A stretch of 64,000 nucleotides of DNA from a virus (Duplodnaviria > Caudoviricetes). The stretch is from IMG/VR virus record IMGVR_UViG_3300028805_000037, positions 128,001 through 192,000 of that record; one strand, 5' to 3'. The translations under genes and the position numbers were made by a program. The notes under the pieces are model-generated. The model made no database searches. It worked only from the letters and a program-made list of their open reading frames with translations, and had not been told where the DNA came from. Shown here piece by piece: positions 46,267 to 57,793 of the stretch. Each line of letters opens with the position of its first letter. Position 1 is the stretch's first letter.

Positions 46267-48654
46267 ATGAATATATTACAAGATTTTACTAATGATAATA
46301 AAATACAAAATCAAGAAATTCAAGTTTTTATAATTAAACAATTTGAGCGTAGAGATAAAAAAGATTTTGAGAATAAATATAGTAAATATATTAATGGTAA
46401 TAATATATTTCTTCAAAGTAATATATCTGATGCATTAGATGGTCTTATAAGTTCAAATGGAAGACAAAATTATTTAATACCATTAATATATGATGAAAAT
46501 AAAAAAGATGATATAATACTTCAAGAACATAAATTAAGTAATAATCTTTATTATTATACTGATAAATATATTGAAAATGTTAATGATGTTCAAATAATAA
46601 ATATAGATAATGGTAAAAAAAAGTATTATAAATATAAAATAAATAATTATTATTATTTTAGTAAATATTCATTTTTACTTGAATGCCCACTTCTTGATTA
46701 TACAAAATTAAGTTATGTTTATCAAATTAAACATAATAATATGTTAGGTATTGGTAATGTAACTGCAGTAAATACATCATTTAATGTAAATTCAAGCTCA
46801 AATTGTACAATAACATTTACTTGTGGTGATAATGATGAAATAAATAAAGAAATGTTTGATACTAATGATATTGTTATAATAAAAATATTAAAAAGTAATA
46901 AAGATCTTAATTTATTAAATAATAAAGATAAAGAATCAATAAATATATTTGAACAAGAATTTAATAAATATCAAAATATATTTACTGGTTATATTGACAA
47001 TATTAATTATACAATAAATTTTGGCGGTTTAAGTAAAACATTAAATCTTGTTTGTAGCGGTCCTACTAAAAAGATGTTATTTACAAGAATAATTTCTGGA
47101 CAAGCTTCAGCAGATATGGCTGATATAACAGCATCACTCAATCCTATAAGTGTTTATTCATTTCCACAAACATTAGGTTCTAATAATGAAGCTCAACTTG
47201 ATAATGAATCAATTGTTAAAAATATTGTAATAAGAACACTTTGTGATATTGATTCAATACCAGAAATAAAAGAAGCAAAATTAAATATAGAATATTATTT
47301 TAATAAAAATGCTATAGCTGTAACAAAAGATTCACAAACATATCAAGATTTACATAAGTATAAAAATCAATATAATGCAGCTATAAATGCACACTTTGAT
47401 GATTTTATTAATTATAAAGATTCATATATGGAAATTAATAAAAATTCTATATATGATAGCACTTTTGATACTGGACTACAATTACATGGATATAGTACTA
47501 TTCAATTACCAATTATGATGATTAAAGGTACAAAACAACCAGCATATCAAATGACTTTTAATACATTTACAAATACATTTATTACACAATATGATACATT
47601 ATTTCAATTTATAAGAAAAATTGCCAATACATTAGATTTTTGCTTTTATGATGATGCTGACGGAATAATACATTTTGAAACATATAATACAAGCTTAAAT
47701 CATCTATATAATTTAGATGATGCTAATCATTTAACAAATATTATTAGTTTTACTGAAAATCAAAATACTAATGAAATGTATAATATTATTCTGACATCAT
47801 CTTTAGGAACAATACAAGGACTTCCTGATTCTGCTGAATATGGAATATATAGTTTAATAAGAGATGAAAAATCAATTAAAAAATTAGGTGAAAGATTTCT
47901 TAACGCTGGATCAGTTACTGGTTTATATAGTACATTAGATAGGATAAAAGATAGGATAAATGATTCTAATACAAATATTATTGATGAAATGTATAAAAAG
48001 CCATTAACAATATATTCAAGATGTTTAATGCAAAGAATAAATAGTAAAGCATTATCTCAAATTAGTGTACAAATAACCGGAAATCCAATGATTAAATTTG
48101 GTAAATATGCATATATAAAACAATTAAAAAAACTTTTTTATATTGATAGTATTAGACATACTTGGTCTGCTAATAGTTTTTATACAAATGATATAACAGG
48201 AATTTATACAAGAGATATAATATGTAGTGTAGATGATATTAATAGTGGTTCATATAATTTATTTGAAAGTTTATTTACAATTCCAAATAGTAGAAAAAAT
48301 GGTAAAACATCAAGATTTTTATATGCGCAACAACAACTTAATAATAAATTAGATAAAGAATCAAAAAGTGGAAATATAATTAAAACTATAGAAGATTTAT
48401 TTAATAAAATAGATATATATAATAAAATTAAACAAGAATTAAAAAATAAATTTTATTATGATGACGATAATTTTCTTGAATTAATATATAGTAAAAATAA
48501 TAATTATGCATTTACTTTTTTAGATGGTTATTTTTGGACAATACCAGTGCAAAATGATGCATATAATTTAGCTATAGAACAAAAAGAAATAAATAAATAT
48601 AGAAATTTAATGCCATTTGCTAATTTATCTAGCAATAGCAAATTGAGTTTATAA
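46267..48654 (+). CDS. baseplate hub protein
   Basis: FTGYID, FYDDADGIIHF, ITGNP...FYIDSIRH. Confidence 0.7.
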   Translation: MNILQDFTNDNKIQNQEIQVFIIKQFERRDKKDFENKYSKYINGNNIFLQSNISDALDGLISSNGRQNYLIPLIYDENKKDDIILQEHKLSNNLYYYTDKYIENVNDVQIINIDNGKKKYYKYKINNYYYFSKYSFLLECPLLDYTKLSYVYQIKHNNMLGIGNVTAVNTSFNVNSSSNCTITFTCGDNDEINKEMFDTNDIVIIKILKSNKDLNLLNNKDKESINIFEQEFNKYQNIFTGYIDNINYTINFGGLSKTLNLVCSGPTKKMLFTRIISGQASADMADITASLNPISVYSFPQTLGSNNEAQLDNESIVKNIVIRTLCDIDSIPEIKEAKLNIEYYFNKNAIAVTKDSQTYQDLHKYKNQYNAAINAHFDDFINYKDSYMEINKNSIYDSTFDTGLQLHGYSTIQLPIMMIKGTKQPAYQMTFNTFTNTFITQYDTLFQFIRKIANTLDFCFYDDADGIIHFETYNTSLNHLYNLDDANHLTNIISFTENQNTNEMYNIILTSSLGTIQGLPDSAEYGIYSLIRDEKSIKKLGERFLNAGSVTGLYSTLDRIKDRINDSNTNIIDEMYKKPLTIYSRCLMQRINSKALSQISVQITGNPMIKFGKYAYIKQLKKLFYIDSIRHTWSANSFYTNDITGIYTRDIICSVDDINSGSYNLFESLFTIPNSRKNGKTSRFLYAQQQLNNKLDKESKSGNIIKTIEDLFNKIDIYNKIKQELKNKFYYDDDNFLELIYSKNNNYAFTFLDGYFWTIPVQNDAYNLAIEQKEINKYRNLMPFANLSSNSKLSL

Positions 48655-48655
48655 A

Positions 48656-49513
48656 ATGAACACATTAGTTACTAATAAACAACAAAATACATTAAGATAT
48701 GGTAGAATAATTAAAGTAGATAATAATCTTACTACAAATTCTACTAAAAATGAAATTAATGTTGCTAATACAAATGGTTTTCAAACTATAGATATAAGTT
48801 GGTTAACTGGTCAAAATTATGTAAGTTTACAAGTACCATTACCATATTCTTATATTTCTAGACAAGGTTATGGAGTTCAATTTTTACCAAGTGTTGGTGA
48901 TTATGTTATAGCATATTTTTTACCAAGTGGTTTACCATTAATTTTAGGTTATAGTAAAGTTAATCCTCTTCAAAATGCTGGAGTATTAGATACTGAAAAT
49001 AAAGAAATAAAAAAGAATAATTTTGGTGATCCATTAAGTAATAATGATAATCTTCCATTTAGATATATTGAACCTGGTGAATTTAATATTATAAGTAAAA
49101 ATCAAGCTGAAATTTATTTAGATAAATATGGTAATATAAAATTAATAACTAGAAAACAAAATGAAAATAAGGGCTATCATGATAGATTATATGAAATAAC
49201 TATAGGTGAAAATATAATTGATGAAGCTACTGGAGAAAAGAAAGATTGTCAATTTGAAATTAAAAATTATGAAAATAATATAAGAATTTCTATAAATAAA
49301 GATGGACAAATTCAAGTTGAAGCAGAAAAAATACTTATTGGTAATAAAAATTTACAACCAGCTGTTTTAGGTAATGAATTAAAAGATTTTTTACATACTA
49401 TTATAAATACTTTTAATACACATACTCATGTATGTCTAGAAAGTACAACTGATATACCTACTCAACAATTACAAGAAAAAGATGTACTTTCTAAAAAAGT
49501 GGAGGTTGAATAA
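48656..49513 (+). CDS. baseplate central spike (gpV/gp5-like)
   Basis: OB-fold LPSVGDYV; C-terminal HTH metal motif (NTHTH). Confidence 0.8.
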   Translation: MNTLVTNKQQNTLRYGRIIKVDNNLTTNSTKNEINVANTNGFQTIDISWLTGQNYVSLQVPLPYSYISRQGYGVQFLPSVGDYVIAYFLPSGLPLILGYSKVNPLQNAGVLDTENKEIKKNNFGDPLSNNDNLPFRYIEPGEFNIISKNQAEIYLDKYGNIKLITRKQNENKGYHDRLYEITIGENIIDEATGEKKDCQFEIKNYENNIRISINKDGQIQVEAEKILIGNKNLQPAVLGNELKDFLHTIINTFNTHTHVCLESTTDIPTQQLQEKDVLSKKVEVE

Positions 49514-50242
49514 ATGTTTGATTTAAAATTGACAAATCAATGTAATCATAGAATAATAAATGAAAAACTTACAATAAAAGGAACTTATCCTAATTATTAT
49601 GCGGTGTTAAAATCACCAGCTATTGGTAATAATCATAAAATAAAAATTGTTGATCAAAATAATTTATTTAAACAAAAACCTATATTAATAAATTATCAAT
49701 TAAATCAAAATAATAAATATATATATTTTAATATTATTAATGATTTAAATCCTGATTATGATGTAGATATAAGATCTGAAGTTTATCCTAAAAATTCATA
49801 TTATGCTACATATTATACAAATGCCGAACATTGTAATAAGTGTATTATGCATTCTAATTATAGTAATGATATAAATTTTGATGTTATAGGTAGACTTGAA
49901 ATTATTGATGGCAAACCATATTTAATACAAAAATTTAAAAAGAATCTTATTACAGAAAAAGGTAAAAATATATTTAATAATGAATATGGAAGTGAATTGA
50001 ATAAATATATAGGTAAAACAAAAACAGCTTTGGCTATATTAATGTGTCAAAATACTATTAAAGATACAGTAAATTTTATTAAAAATCAACAAATTAATTA
50101 TAGTGAAATACTTGAAAATAATCAAAAATTATTAAAAATTGATGATTTTCAAATTATGCCAACGAATGATGAAAGAATGATAAAATTTCAATTTTATCTT
50201 TTAACTTATGCAGATAGTGAACTTATAAATGTAACACTCTAA
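49514..50242 (+). CDS. gp25-like baseplate wedge protein
   Basis: TEKG.N.F...YGS.L motif. Confidence 0.7.
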   Translation: MFDLKLTNQCNHRIINEKLTIKGTYPNYYAVLKSPAIGNNHKIKIVDQNNLFKQKPILINYQLNQNNKYIYFNIINDLNPDYDVDIRSEVYPKNSYYATYYTNAEHCNKCIMHSNYSNDINFDVIGRLEIIDGKPYLIQKFKKNLITEKGKNIFNNEYGSELNKYIGKTKTALAILMCQNTIKDTVNFIKNQQINYSEILENNQKLLKIDDFQIMPTNDERMIKFQFYLLTYADSELINVTL

Positions 50243-50278
50243 TATATTTAAATTTAAAATACAAATAGGTATAAAAAT

Positions 50279-51730
50279 ATGAGAGATTTAAATGAAATTA
50301 AAGATAGTTTAGTAAATGAAATATTAGCAAAACAACCTAATGCTGATATTACAGATGGTTCTATGATTAGAGATTTAATGGTAGATCCACAAGCTACTCA
50401 AATTTATTTTCTTGAAGAACAAATTGATTACACAAGATTATTAAGTAGCTTTATTACTAATGCTGAAAAAATAATAAAAGAAGATCTTGATGAAATTGGA
50501 GCTAATTATAATATAGCTAGAGCAAAAGCTATGGCTTCTACTGGAGTTGTTACATTTAGAGCAACTTCTTTACCACAAAATGATATAAGAATTGGTAATC
50601 AAGATGGTACTGGCGGAATTCTTGTACAAACATTAAATATAAATGATGGTAGTGTAATAAGTTTTCTTACAACTGAAACAGTATATTTAAAAACAAACAC
50701 AACTTTTAATAGTGAAAGCGGCTATTATGAAGTATCAGCACCTATACAAGCAACATCCACTGGATTAGAAACTAATGTATCAATTGGTACAATTATTAAA
50801 TTAGGACAAATAATAACTGGCATAGATTCTTGTTATAATTATGTTGCAACAACAGGTGGTACAGATGAAGAAAATAATACAGATTATGCAACTGATATAT
50901 CAGTTGTTATACAAGGTGGTAGTGTTAATACATATAATGCATTATTAAAATTAATAGATCATTATGATGGTGTAATTGATTATAAAATTTATCATCCAAA
51001 TTCTTCTGATTATCCTTCAGAAAGTGGTTATGTATATGTTTATATTAGAGGAAGTCAATTAAGTTCAACAACTGAATCAATGACTTATAGTAATACTTTA
51101 CGTTATTATGGTTTAAAATATAAACCAGTTAATTCTATAATTTCAGTAAATGCTAAAGTTAATAATAATGATACTATATTAAGAAATAATATAGATTATT
51201 ATTTATTTAAAGATATTAATTCAATATACTCATATTCTAATCAAAGTAGTGATGGATTAGAATTTATTATAGATGATGAAAGTAAAAATCCTGATCCAAA
51301 TTCAAGCTTTACAGTAAGTTATACATATAATTCATTAATTACAAATATACAATCAACAATAAATGAAGCAATTAAAGATTTACTTATCTTAGGAAATATT
51401 ATTGTTAAAGAAGCAACTGGAATTAATATTATTATTAATATTGATATAAAATTAAAATATCAATATAATAATATTAATGTACAAAATACAATATTATCTG
51501 ACTTACAAAATTATTTAAATTCTACTGAAATTAATGGTACAATTAAACAATCAACAATATATAATTATATTTTTAATAAATTTAATACATATATTGAAAC
51601 AATAAACTATCCTTTTAATAAATTTAAAAGAGAAGATGATATATATAATTCAGTAGTTGATGAAATAAAATTAAATTATAATGAATTTGTAAATATAAAT
51701 AAATCACAAATAATTATACATTGGAATTAA
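50279..51730 (+). CDS. baseplate J-like protein
   Basis: GSMIRDL, LDEIG, GVVTF, GGTDEE. Confidence 0.88.
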   Translation: MRDLNEIKDSLVNEILAKQPNADITDGSMIRDLMVDPQATQIYFLEEQIDYTRLLSSFITNAEKIIKEDLDEIGANYNIARAKAMASTGVVTFRATSLPQNDIRIGNQDGTGGILVQTLNINDGSVISFLTTETVYLKTNTTFNSESGYYEVSAPIQATSTGLETNVSIGTIIKLGQIITGIDSCYNYVATTGGTDEENNTDYATDISVVIQGGSVNTYNALLKLIDHYDGVIDYKIYHPNSSDYPSESGYVYVYIRGSQLSSTTESMTYSNTLRYYGLKYKPVNSIISVNAKVNNNDTILRNNIDYYLFKDINSIYSYSNQSSDGLEFIIDDESKNPDPNSSFTVSYTYNSLITNIQSTINEAIKDLLILGNIIVKEATGINIIINIDIKLKYQYNNINVQNTILSDLQNYLNSTEINGTIKQSTIYNYIFNKFNTYIETINYPFNKFKREDDIYNSVVDEIKLNYNEFVNINKSQIIIHWN

Positions 51731-51733
51731 ACT

Positions 51734-52903
51734 ATGATATTATGTAAAAATTTATTAGTTTGTCAAATTGATGATTATAATTATTCATTAAGTTGGGAAC
51801 TAAATATAAAACAAATAAAACAATATTTAAAAGAAAATTATAATATAACAAAAATATATAATTTTTATGCATTTATTGATTATATTATTGAAATAGACAA
51901 TGCTGATACGTTTGATAGTATAAATAAAAAATCATATATATTTAAAACACTTGAACATAATGTTGGTAAAATTGTTCAATCATGTATAATACATTTTGAA
52001 CCACAACTTGAAAAAACAAATTTTTATGTAAGAGTAAAAATTATAGATGATAATTATACATTTCTTGTTGATGTAAATAATATAAGACAAAATATAGATG
52101 TACAGTTTAATAATGAATTTGACAAACCTTATAATGTTATAGTAAATAAAAATTATACTTTAGATATAATAAAAGCGATGTATAATGGTATTCCTGATAG
52201 TTATGCTTATAGTAAAGGTGCTTATGATGCAAATTTTTATTATATTTTACAATGTTTTGCAGTTCAAGATAATTATCTTTATAATAAATTAAATAATGTT
52301 AAAAATAATTTCTTCTTATATAAATGTAATCCTAATAATTTAAATGAAAGTTTTGGTGGTATGCTTGGTTTTCAACAACCAACAAATATCACAGATGAAG
52401 AATATAGAAGATTAATTGCACAATTGTTTATATCTTTACAAAATGCTGGAACAGAAAAAAGTATAATAAATGTAATACAATATTTAATTGGTGATGAAGT
52501 TAATATACTTTATTATACCAATTTCTATCCTTGGATTTTAAGAGAGAAAAATTATCAAGAAATACCAGCACAACATAAATGGATTTATGAAAATATAAGT
52601 ATTGATGATCCAAATTCAGGTATAGATGATATTAATATTCCTCCTAATCCAAGTTATATAAATAATTCTTCAAATTATTTTTTATTTAAACAAAATGATT
52701 CACTAGGATTAAATTGGCAATTTGCAAATAGAAAAAATAAAGCTATATTATTAAATAAAAATTTTAAATTATTTAATTTTCAAATATCAAGTGAAAATTT
52801 TTTTAATAATGATATTAATATAAATGCAATAGAACAAATTGTAAATAAATTAAAACCTTTATATACAAAATATTTTTTAAATATAGATGCAATGGAGGAA
52901 TAA
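51734..52903 (+). CDS. baseplate wedge (gpI-like) protein
   Basis: FG..LG...DEEYRR...AGT; KLKP. Confidence 0.65.
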   Translation: MILCKNLLVCQIDDYNYSLSWELNIKQIKQYLKENYNITKIYNFYAFIDYIIEIDNADTFDSINKKSYIFKTLEHNVGKIVQSCIIHFEPQLEKTNFYVRVKIIDDNYTFLVDVNNIRQNIDVQFNNEFDKPYNVIVNKNYTLDIIKAMYNGIPDSYAYSKGAYDANFYYILQCFAVQDNYLYNKLNNVKNNFFLYKCNPNNLNESFGGMLGFQQPTNITDEEYRRLIAQLFISLQNAGTEKSIINVIQYLIGDEVNILYYTNFYPWILREKNYQEIPAQHKWIYENISIDDPNSGIDDINIPPNPSYINNSSNYFLFKQNDSLGLNWQFANRKNKAILLNKNFKLFNFQISSENFFNNDININAIEQIVNKLKPLYTKYFLNIDAMEE

Positions 52904-54427
52904 ATGCCTAATAATGATAAAAATACAACATATCCTGTATTTTCAAATATGTTACCATATTCTGAAGATTTTCAATTAATTGTTGATTCATTAAGAGAAC
53001 AAATGAAATATAGATTAACCGGTGATATGATTTTTACTGGTGGTATCTGCTCTGGTAAACAAATTTATGTTCAATCTGGTAATGAACATGGTTATAATAA
53101 CAATACAATTATGATTTTACCATTTATAGGATATAATATTAATGGTGATAGAATAAGAAATTCTGAAACATTAATAAATTTGGCACCACAATCTAATGGA
53201 CAAATAGTAATAAATGATGAAAATATTGTTAAAAATCGTGAAGATATTCCTTATTGGAGACATTATACAACAAGTTATACACAATTATCTAATATAGATT
53301 CATCTTCAGCAGTAACACAATACAGTTATACTTTTGCTCAATTAAAAGCTGGAAGTATTCTTCAAGGTATAAAATTATTTTTATTACAAAGTTATCAAGA
53401 TATAGGTGACGTATATATGTCTATTGGTATTAATAATGATCTTGAAAAATATTATCCAATAACAAAAATATCTAATGAAGTTTCTAATATTGATATAGGT
53501 ACAGCAAATATGTCATATTCAGAAAATCAAGAAAATGAAACAGATATATTAATCACATTTTATTGTGATAGTGATAAAAATCTTAAAGATTTAATTAGTG
53601 GTAATTTGTCAATAGATTTATTAATAACAGATTTATCAAATATAAATCATAGTGAAGAACAAGATGCACAATCAAGTCAAAAGTTACAACCACAAACTTC
53701 AGCTTCATCTTGGCAAGCAAATACAACTTATTATATAGTTGCAAGATATAAACAATCTTCAAGTGATTTAAGATCAGGCTTTGTTATGAATGATGAAAAT
53801 GGTAATACAGTATCATCTAAACCATTTTATGCAAGAATAACTGATGATGTTGATTATTATGCATTAAGAAAAACTGGTGAAATAATAGATGCAAGTTATG
53901 ATACAGATATAAAATTAGCTGAAGTTATTACTGATACTAATGGCAATGTTTCAAGTGATTCACAAATATATGCAAATGGTTATAGTTCTATTTATAATCG
54001 TTATTATACAGATTATTTAACATTAAATCAAGATGTTTTACCATCTGAATTAAATAAATATGCTAGTAAAATTTATCAAGATGTTACTATAATTAATGAA
54101 GATAGTGATGGTAATGTAATAATTCCACTAAATGATAATTATGATGTATATGAATATCGTGCAACAAGAAATCCAGTTAAAATATCTATAAATATTGATA
54201 ATATAAATGTAGCTTTACCAAATTATATTACATTTGAATTTACTATTAATATGCAAGAAACATTATATACTATTAATTCTAGTTCTTTTGATAGTAATAT
54301 AAAATGGTTAGATAATACTGTTCCTGAATTTAATTCTACTGGTGTATATTATATGACTTTTAGAAGTAGAGATGCTGGACAAACATGGATAGCTAACTTC
54401 GAAGGTAAAGAAGTTACAAATATATAA
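52904..54427 (+). CDS. tail fibre attachment protein
   Basis: Follows the wedge genes; adaptor-like C-terminus. Confidence 0.55.
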   Translation: MPNNDKNTTYPVFSNMLPYSEDFQLIVDSLREQMKYRLTGDMIFTGGICSGKQIYVQSGNEHGYNNNTIMILPFIGYNINGDRIRNSETLINLAPQSNGQIVINDENIVKNREDIPYWRHYTTSYTQLSNIDSSSAVTQYSYTFAQLKAGSILQGIKLFLLQSYQDIGDVYMSIGINNDLEKYYPITKISNEVSNIDIGTANMSYSENQENETDILITFYCDSDKNLKDLISGNLSIDLLITDLSNINHSEEQDAQSSQKLQPQTSASSWQANTTYYIVARYKQSSSDLRSGFVMNDENGNTVSSKPFYARITDDVDYYALRKTGEIIDASYDTDIKLAEVITDTNGNVSSDSQIYANGYSSIYNRYYTDYLTLNQDVLPSELNKYASKIYQDVTIINEDSDGNVIIPLNDNYDVYEYRATRNPVKISINIDNINVALPNYITFEFTINMQETLYTINSSSFDSNIKWLDNTVPEFNSTGVYYMTFRSRDAGQTWIANFEGKEVTNI

Positions 54428-54448
54428 AAATATATAAACATCAAAAAT

Positions 54449-54486
54449 AATTAAACCTGAGTTAACAGAATAACTCAGGTTTAATT
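54449..54486. terminator. bidirectional terminator at the late/early convergence
   Basis: ATTAAACCTGAGTTA...TAACTCAGGTTTAAT. Confidence 0.8.
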
Positions 54487-55122
54487 TTAATTGTTAGGAT
54501 ATGTATTCATTTCAAATAATCTATTCTTATTTATAACATTAAGATTAAGTGATTTCATTTCAATTGATTTTACTATAGATGTTAAATCATCAACTATTTT
54601 TTGCTGTTCTCTTATTGCATTCTGCCAATCTTGATAATCTTTTTTTCTATATTTAATTATTAATCTTAATTCTTTATTTTGAGTGCTATATTGAGCGCGT
54701 ATATCTTTTACCATTTTAGGATCCAATATATTTTTTGTTAAATCTTCATCAAGTTGCATAAAAGTTTCATTATACCAAATTGTATAGCCATCTTCAAGTA
54801 TTGATAACTTTTTTACTGCATCATTTTTTCTAAAACACCAATAGGAATATATATAATTTACTTCGGCAATTTGTTCTTCAAGATCACCATTATAAATATC
54901 ATCAATTAATTTTATATCATTAATTATTGAGCGTTCTTCACGAAAATCAAAATTATTTAATTCAAAATAAGTTATTGGTATATTTTTAAATGTTTGTAAT
55001 TTATTTTTAACATCAATAGCATTATCATATACATTTTCAACAATATAATTTTTATTAAGTATTAACATTCTTTCAAAATTATCATTTTTTACACATTTTA
55101 CAATATCGCCAACTTTAAACAT
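54487..55122 (-). CDS. SH3-like plus UvsY-like helical protein
   Basis: FKVGDIVKC N-domain, coiled-coil C-domain. Confidence 0.5.
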   Translation of the reverse strand: MFKVGDIVKCVKNDNFERMLILNKNYIVENVYDNAIDVKNKLQTFKNIPITYFELNNFDFREERSIINDIKLIDDIYNGDLEEQIAEVNYIYSYWCFRKNDAVKKLSILEDGYTIWYNETFMQLDEDLTKNILDPKMVKDIRAQYSTQNKELRLIIKYRKKDYQDWQNAIREQQKIVDDLTSIVKSIEMKSLNLNVINKNRLFEMNTYPNN

Positions 55123-55157
55123 TTTTCTTCTCCTTAATATTAATATATTATATAAAA

Positions 55158-55385
55158 TTATTTCTTTTTAGCTTTAGCTTCTGCAATAAATCTTGTTATT
55201 GTTTCATGATCTTGATCACAGCTAAACGAAGTTTTATTTTTTAAATATACTCTATAGTCTGTCCAAGCTGCAATTTCACTAATTCTAATACTAATTTTAA
55301 CAATATGAGTAAATCAACTAGTTCTAAATATTCCAGTTTTTACTTCATGTTCCTCTTTTCTTGTTACTGTAATAAATTCTTCCAT
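55158..55385 (-). pseudogene. 75-codon ORF with one in-frame TGA (55314-55316)
   Basis: MEEFITV...IFRTS*FTHIVK...AKKK; coupled to the upstream stop. Confidence 0.55.
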
Positions 55386-55840
55386 TAGCCTCTCCTATTA
55401 TAAAATTTAAAATATTCTTTTACTATACCTTCAAGATTATCTGCAAGATAACCAATTTTACAAACATAAACTGGATATTTTTCATTTAAAACTGATATTT
55501 GTAACCATCTTTCCCAATTAACATTAACATTTTCAATAAACTCTTTTGTATTGCCACGTTTTTTGTAATTTTCAATAAACTCTTCTTTTCTATCAATTGA
55601 AGGTATGACATAAATAAAGTTTAATTTTTCATCTAACATAGCATTACGAACTTCAATATGAGATGATGTTAAAATTATAAATTTTTTTGGTATCATCTTT
55701 TTAATGTGTTCAATATAATTTTTTGGAAAATCTTTCTTTTCAAATTTTGATGAATCTGAATCTGATAAATGTGCTTTATTAGACATCTCAAAAAGTTTAC
55801 TTTTACCAATTCCCGGAAATCCTGAAATAATCATAGCCAT
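55385..55840 (-). CDS. P-loop kinase-like protein
   Basis: ISGFPGIGKS. Confidence 0.75.
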   Translation of the reverse strand: MAMIISGFPGIGKSKLFEMSNKAHLSDSDSSKFEKKDFPKNYIEHIKKMIPKKFIILTSSHIEVRNAMLDEKLNFIYVIPSIDRKEEFIENYKKRGNTKEFIENVNVNWERWLQISVLNEKYPVYVCKIGYLADNLEGIVKEYFKFYNRRG

Positions 55841-55848
55841 AATATCTC

Positions 55849-56262
55849 CTATTTTAAGTTTTTATGTAAAATTTTCCCTAATTTGTGCCATCTTTCACTT
55901 TCTTCTTTATATGTATTTCTAAACCAAATATCATAGAGAATTTCACTTAATTTTCTATTATCTTGAACACGATTACCTGGTTCAATTTGAACATAATTAT
56001 CACAAGTAAATGGATTCCAAGTAGGAAAATCTATTTCTATATTAAAACCAAATTTTTCATTTTTTTGTTTATAATAAGATGTCCATTCTTGTGGATCTGT
56101 ATAAGAAATTATTTTTATATATTTTCTAAATCCAAAAATATTTCTTTTATTGAAATAAAGTTTAAACAACCAATAACTACCAGCAGATGTATAAACATCT
56201 GTAATAAATCTTATTTTATCTTTATTTTCTATTATACAACCTGTAATTGATGTTCCTAACAT
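55849..56262 (-). CDS. hypothetical protein
   Basis: 137 aa in early operon. Confidence 0.65.
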   Translation of the reverse strand: MLGTSITGCIIENKDKIRFITDVYTSAGSYWLFKLYFNKRNIFGFRKYIKIISYTDPQEWTSYYKQKNEKFGFNIEIDFPTWNPFTCDNYVQIEPGNRVQDNRKLSEILYDIWFRNTYKEESERWHKLGKILHKNLK

Positions 56263-56263
56263 T

Positions 56264-56482
56264 TTATTCTGCTCTCTTCTTTATCAATAATTTATATTCT
56301 TCTTCTTTAATTTTTTCAATATTTTTTATATAATAACTTTCAGATTGAATTACTGTATTCTTTACTTTAAAAGTTATATATTCACCTTCATTTAATGTTG
56401 AAATTACAACACAAAATTGTAATGCTATACCAGCTATTATCCCGATAAATCCAAATATAATTGCACACCAAAATTCTTCCAT
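56264..56482 (-). CDS. single-TM protein
   Basis: GGAGG SD; N-terminal TM. Confidence 0.65.
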   Translation of the reverse strand: MEEFWCAIIFGFIGIIAGIALQFCVVISTLNEGEYITFKVKNTVIQSESYYIKNIEKIKEEEYKLLIKKRAE

Positions 56483-56560
56483 TATTTATCCTCCTTTCAT
56501 TACCATTTAAACATTTCTTATAATATACATAAACTATTATATTTAGCCATTTATTTCTCT

Positions 56561-56857
56561 TTATTCGAATTCAGGTTCACAACCCTTATCTTTACCTTTA
56601 TATTCTCTTACTATTTTATTGTCTGATTTAGATATACAATCTTGTATCGTTTCACCATAAGGAATTTTTAAAAGGTTTATTAAATTTTTTATAAATCTTT
56701 TATTTTGTCTTTTTCTTTTCTCACTCATGTTCATTATCTGTCTATTTCTTTTTCTGGATAATTTAGGTATTCTGTTTCTGTTCTTCTTATAGAAGATTTG
56801 TTTCTTTTTTCTAATAATGTTACCATCATTATCAAGATATATTGGCATTAATTTCAT
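56561..56857 (-). CDS. basic hypothetical protein
   Basis: GGAGG SD. Confidence 0.65.
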   Translation of the reverse strand: MKLMPIYLDNDGNIIRKKKQIFYKKNRNRIPKLSRKRNRQIMNMSEKRKRQNKRFIKNLINLLKIPYGETIQDCISKSDNKIVREYKGKDKGCEPEFE

Positions 56858-56915
56858 TATTCCTCCCTAATTATTTTTGTTCCACATGTTACCACTACAC
56901 CACTTCCGAAATTAT

Positions 56916-57296
56916 TTACCATTTAAATATTTCTTGATAAGGTAAATCACAACTACATACTCCACCACCTGATGGATTATTTTTAAAATTATTTGGACAA
57001 TTTTTACAGCATTCAAATGGTGGCTCAAGCTTATCAAGTACTGTATTTCTTTGTGCATTATAAAAACTTTGATAATCTTTTATCTTTACTGCCCTCCCAT
57101 CACAAGGTGTTTCCTCTTGAGTTTTATTATCATAATTCAAATGTAAATCTAAATCACTATCACCTTTATAAACTTTATGTTCATTTGGATCATATTCATT
57201 CATTTTTATAAACCATTCTAACTTATCTATTTTCTTTCTAAGTTCCTTTACTTCTTCTTTCATTTTATTTATTTCTTCTTGAGAAAGTTTAAACAT
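56916..57296 (-). CDS. hypothetical protein with Cys-rich C-terminus
   Basis: CCKNCPNN...GVCSCDLP. Confidence 0.7.
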   Translation of the reverse strand: MFKLSQEEINKMKEEVKELRKKIDKLEWFIKMNEYDPNEHKVYKGDSDLDLHLNYDNKTQEETPCDGRAVKIKDYQSFYNAQRNTVLDKLEPPFECCKNCPNNFKNNPSGGGVCSCDLPYQEIFKW

Positions 57297-57516
57297 AAAT
57301 ACCTCTTTTTGCTAAATTTTTTTCCACTTCTTTTGTATATTTTTCAGCAGCATCTATATTATCAAAGCTCTTATTTAGTGTTTCAAATGTAGGAAAAATT
57401 TTAAATTTTTCATCTATATAACTTATTTTTACGGTTATAGTTTCTTTTTCAAGTTTAAACATTTTATTTCTCCTATATAAATATTTATAAATTTTAAAGA
57501 ATAGGTATTTTTTCAT
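57289..57516 (-). CDS. hypothetical protein (start probably 57462)
   Basis: AGGAG SD before MFKLEK. Confidence 0.6.
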   Translation of the reverse strand: MKKYLFFKIYKYLYRRNKMFKLEKETITVKISYIDEKFKIFPTFETLNKSFDNIDAAEKYTKEVEKNLAKRGIYV

Positions 57517-57781
57517 CTTCTACATCAAAATTAGAAAATATAAAAAGTTTATTTAAATCTATTTTTAAAACAATAGAATGACTTTCAGTATTGAAACAAA
57601 CAAAATCTTCTTTGGCTAATTTTTTTATATATTCATGATTTACACTATATCCTTGTATAAAAGATAGAAATTGTTCTTTAATTTTTTGTTTTAACGAAAA
57701 ACTCCACATTTGCATGTAATATTTCTTATTCATATTATATATAAAATTTTTAATAGCTATTATAATTTCTTTGTTTTTCAT
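57494..57781 (-). CDS. hypothetical protein
   Basis: AAGGAG SD. Confidence 0.55.
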   Translation of the reverse strand: MKNKEIIIAIKNFIYNMNKKYYMQMWSFSLKQKIKEQFLSFIQGYSVNHEYIKKLAKEDFVCFNTESHSIVLKIDLNKLFIFSNFDVEDEKIPIL

Positions 57782-57793
57782 TTTATTCTCCTT

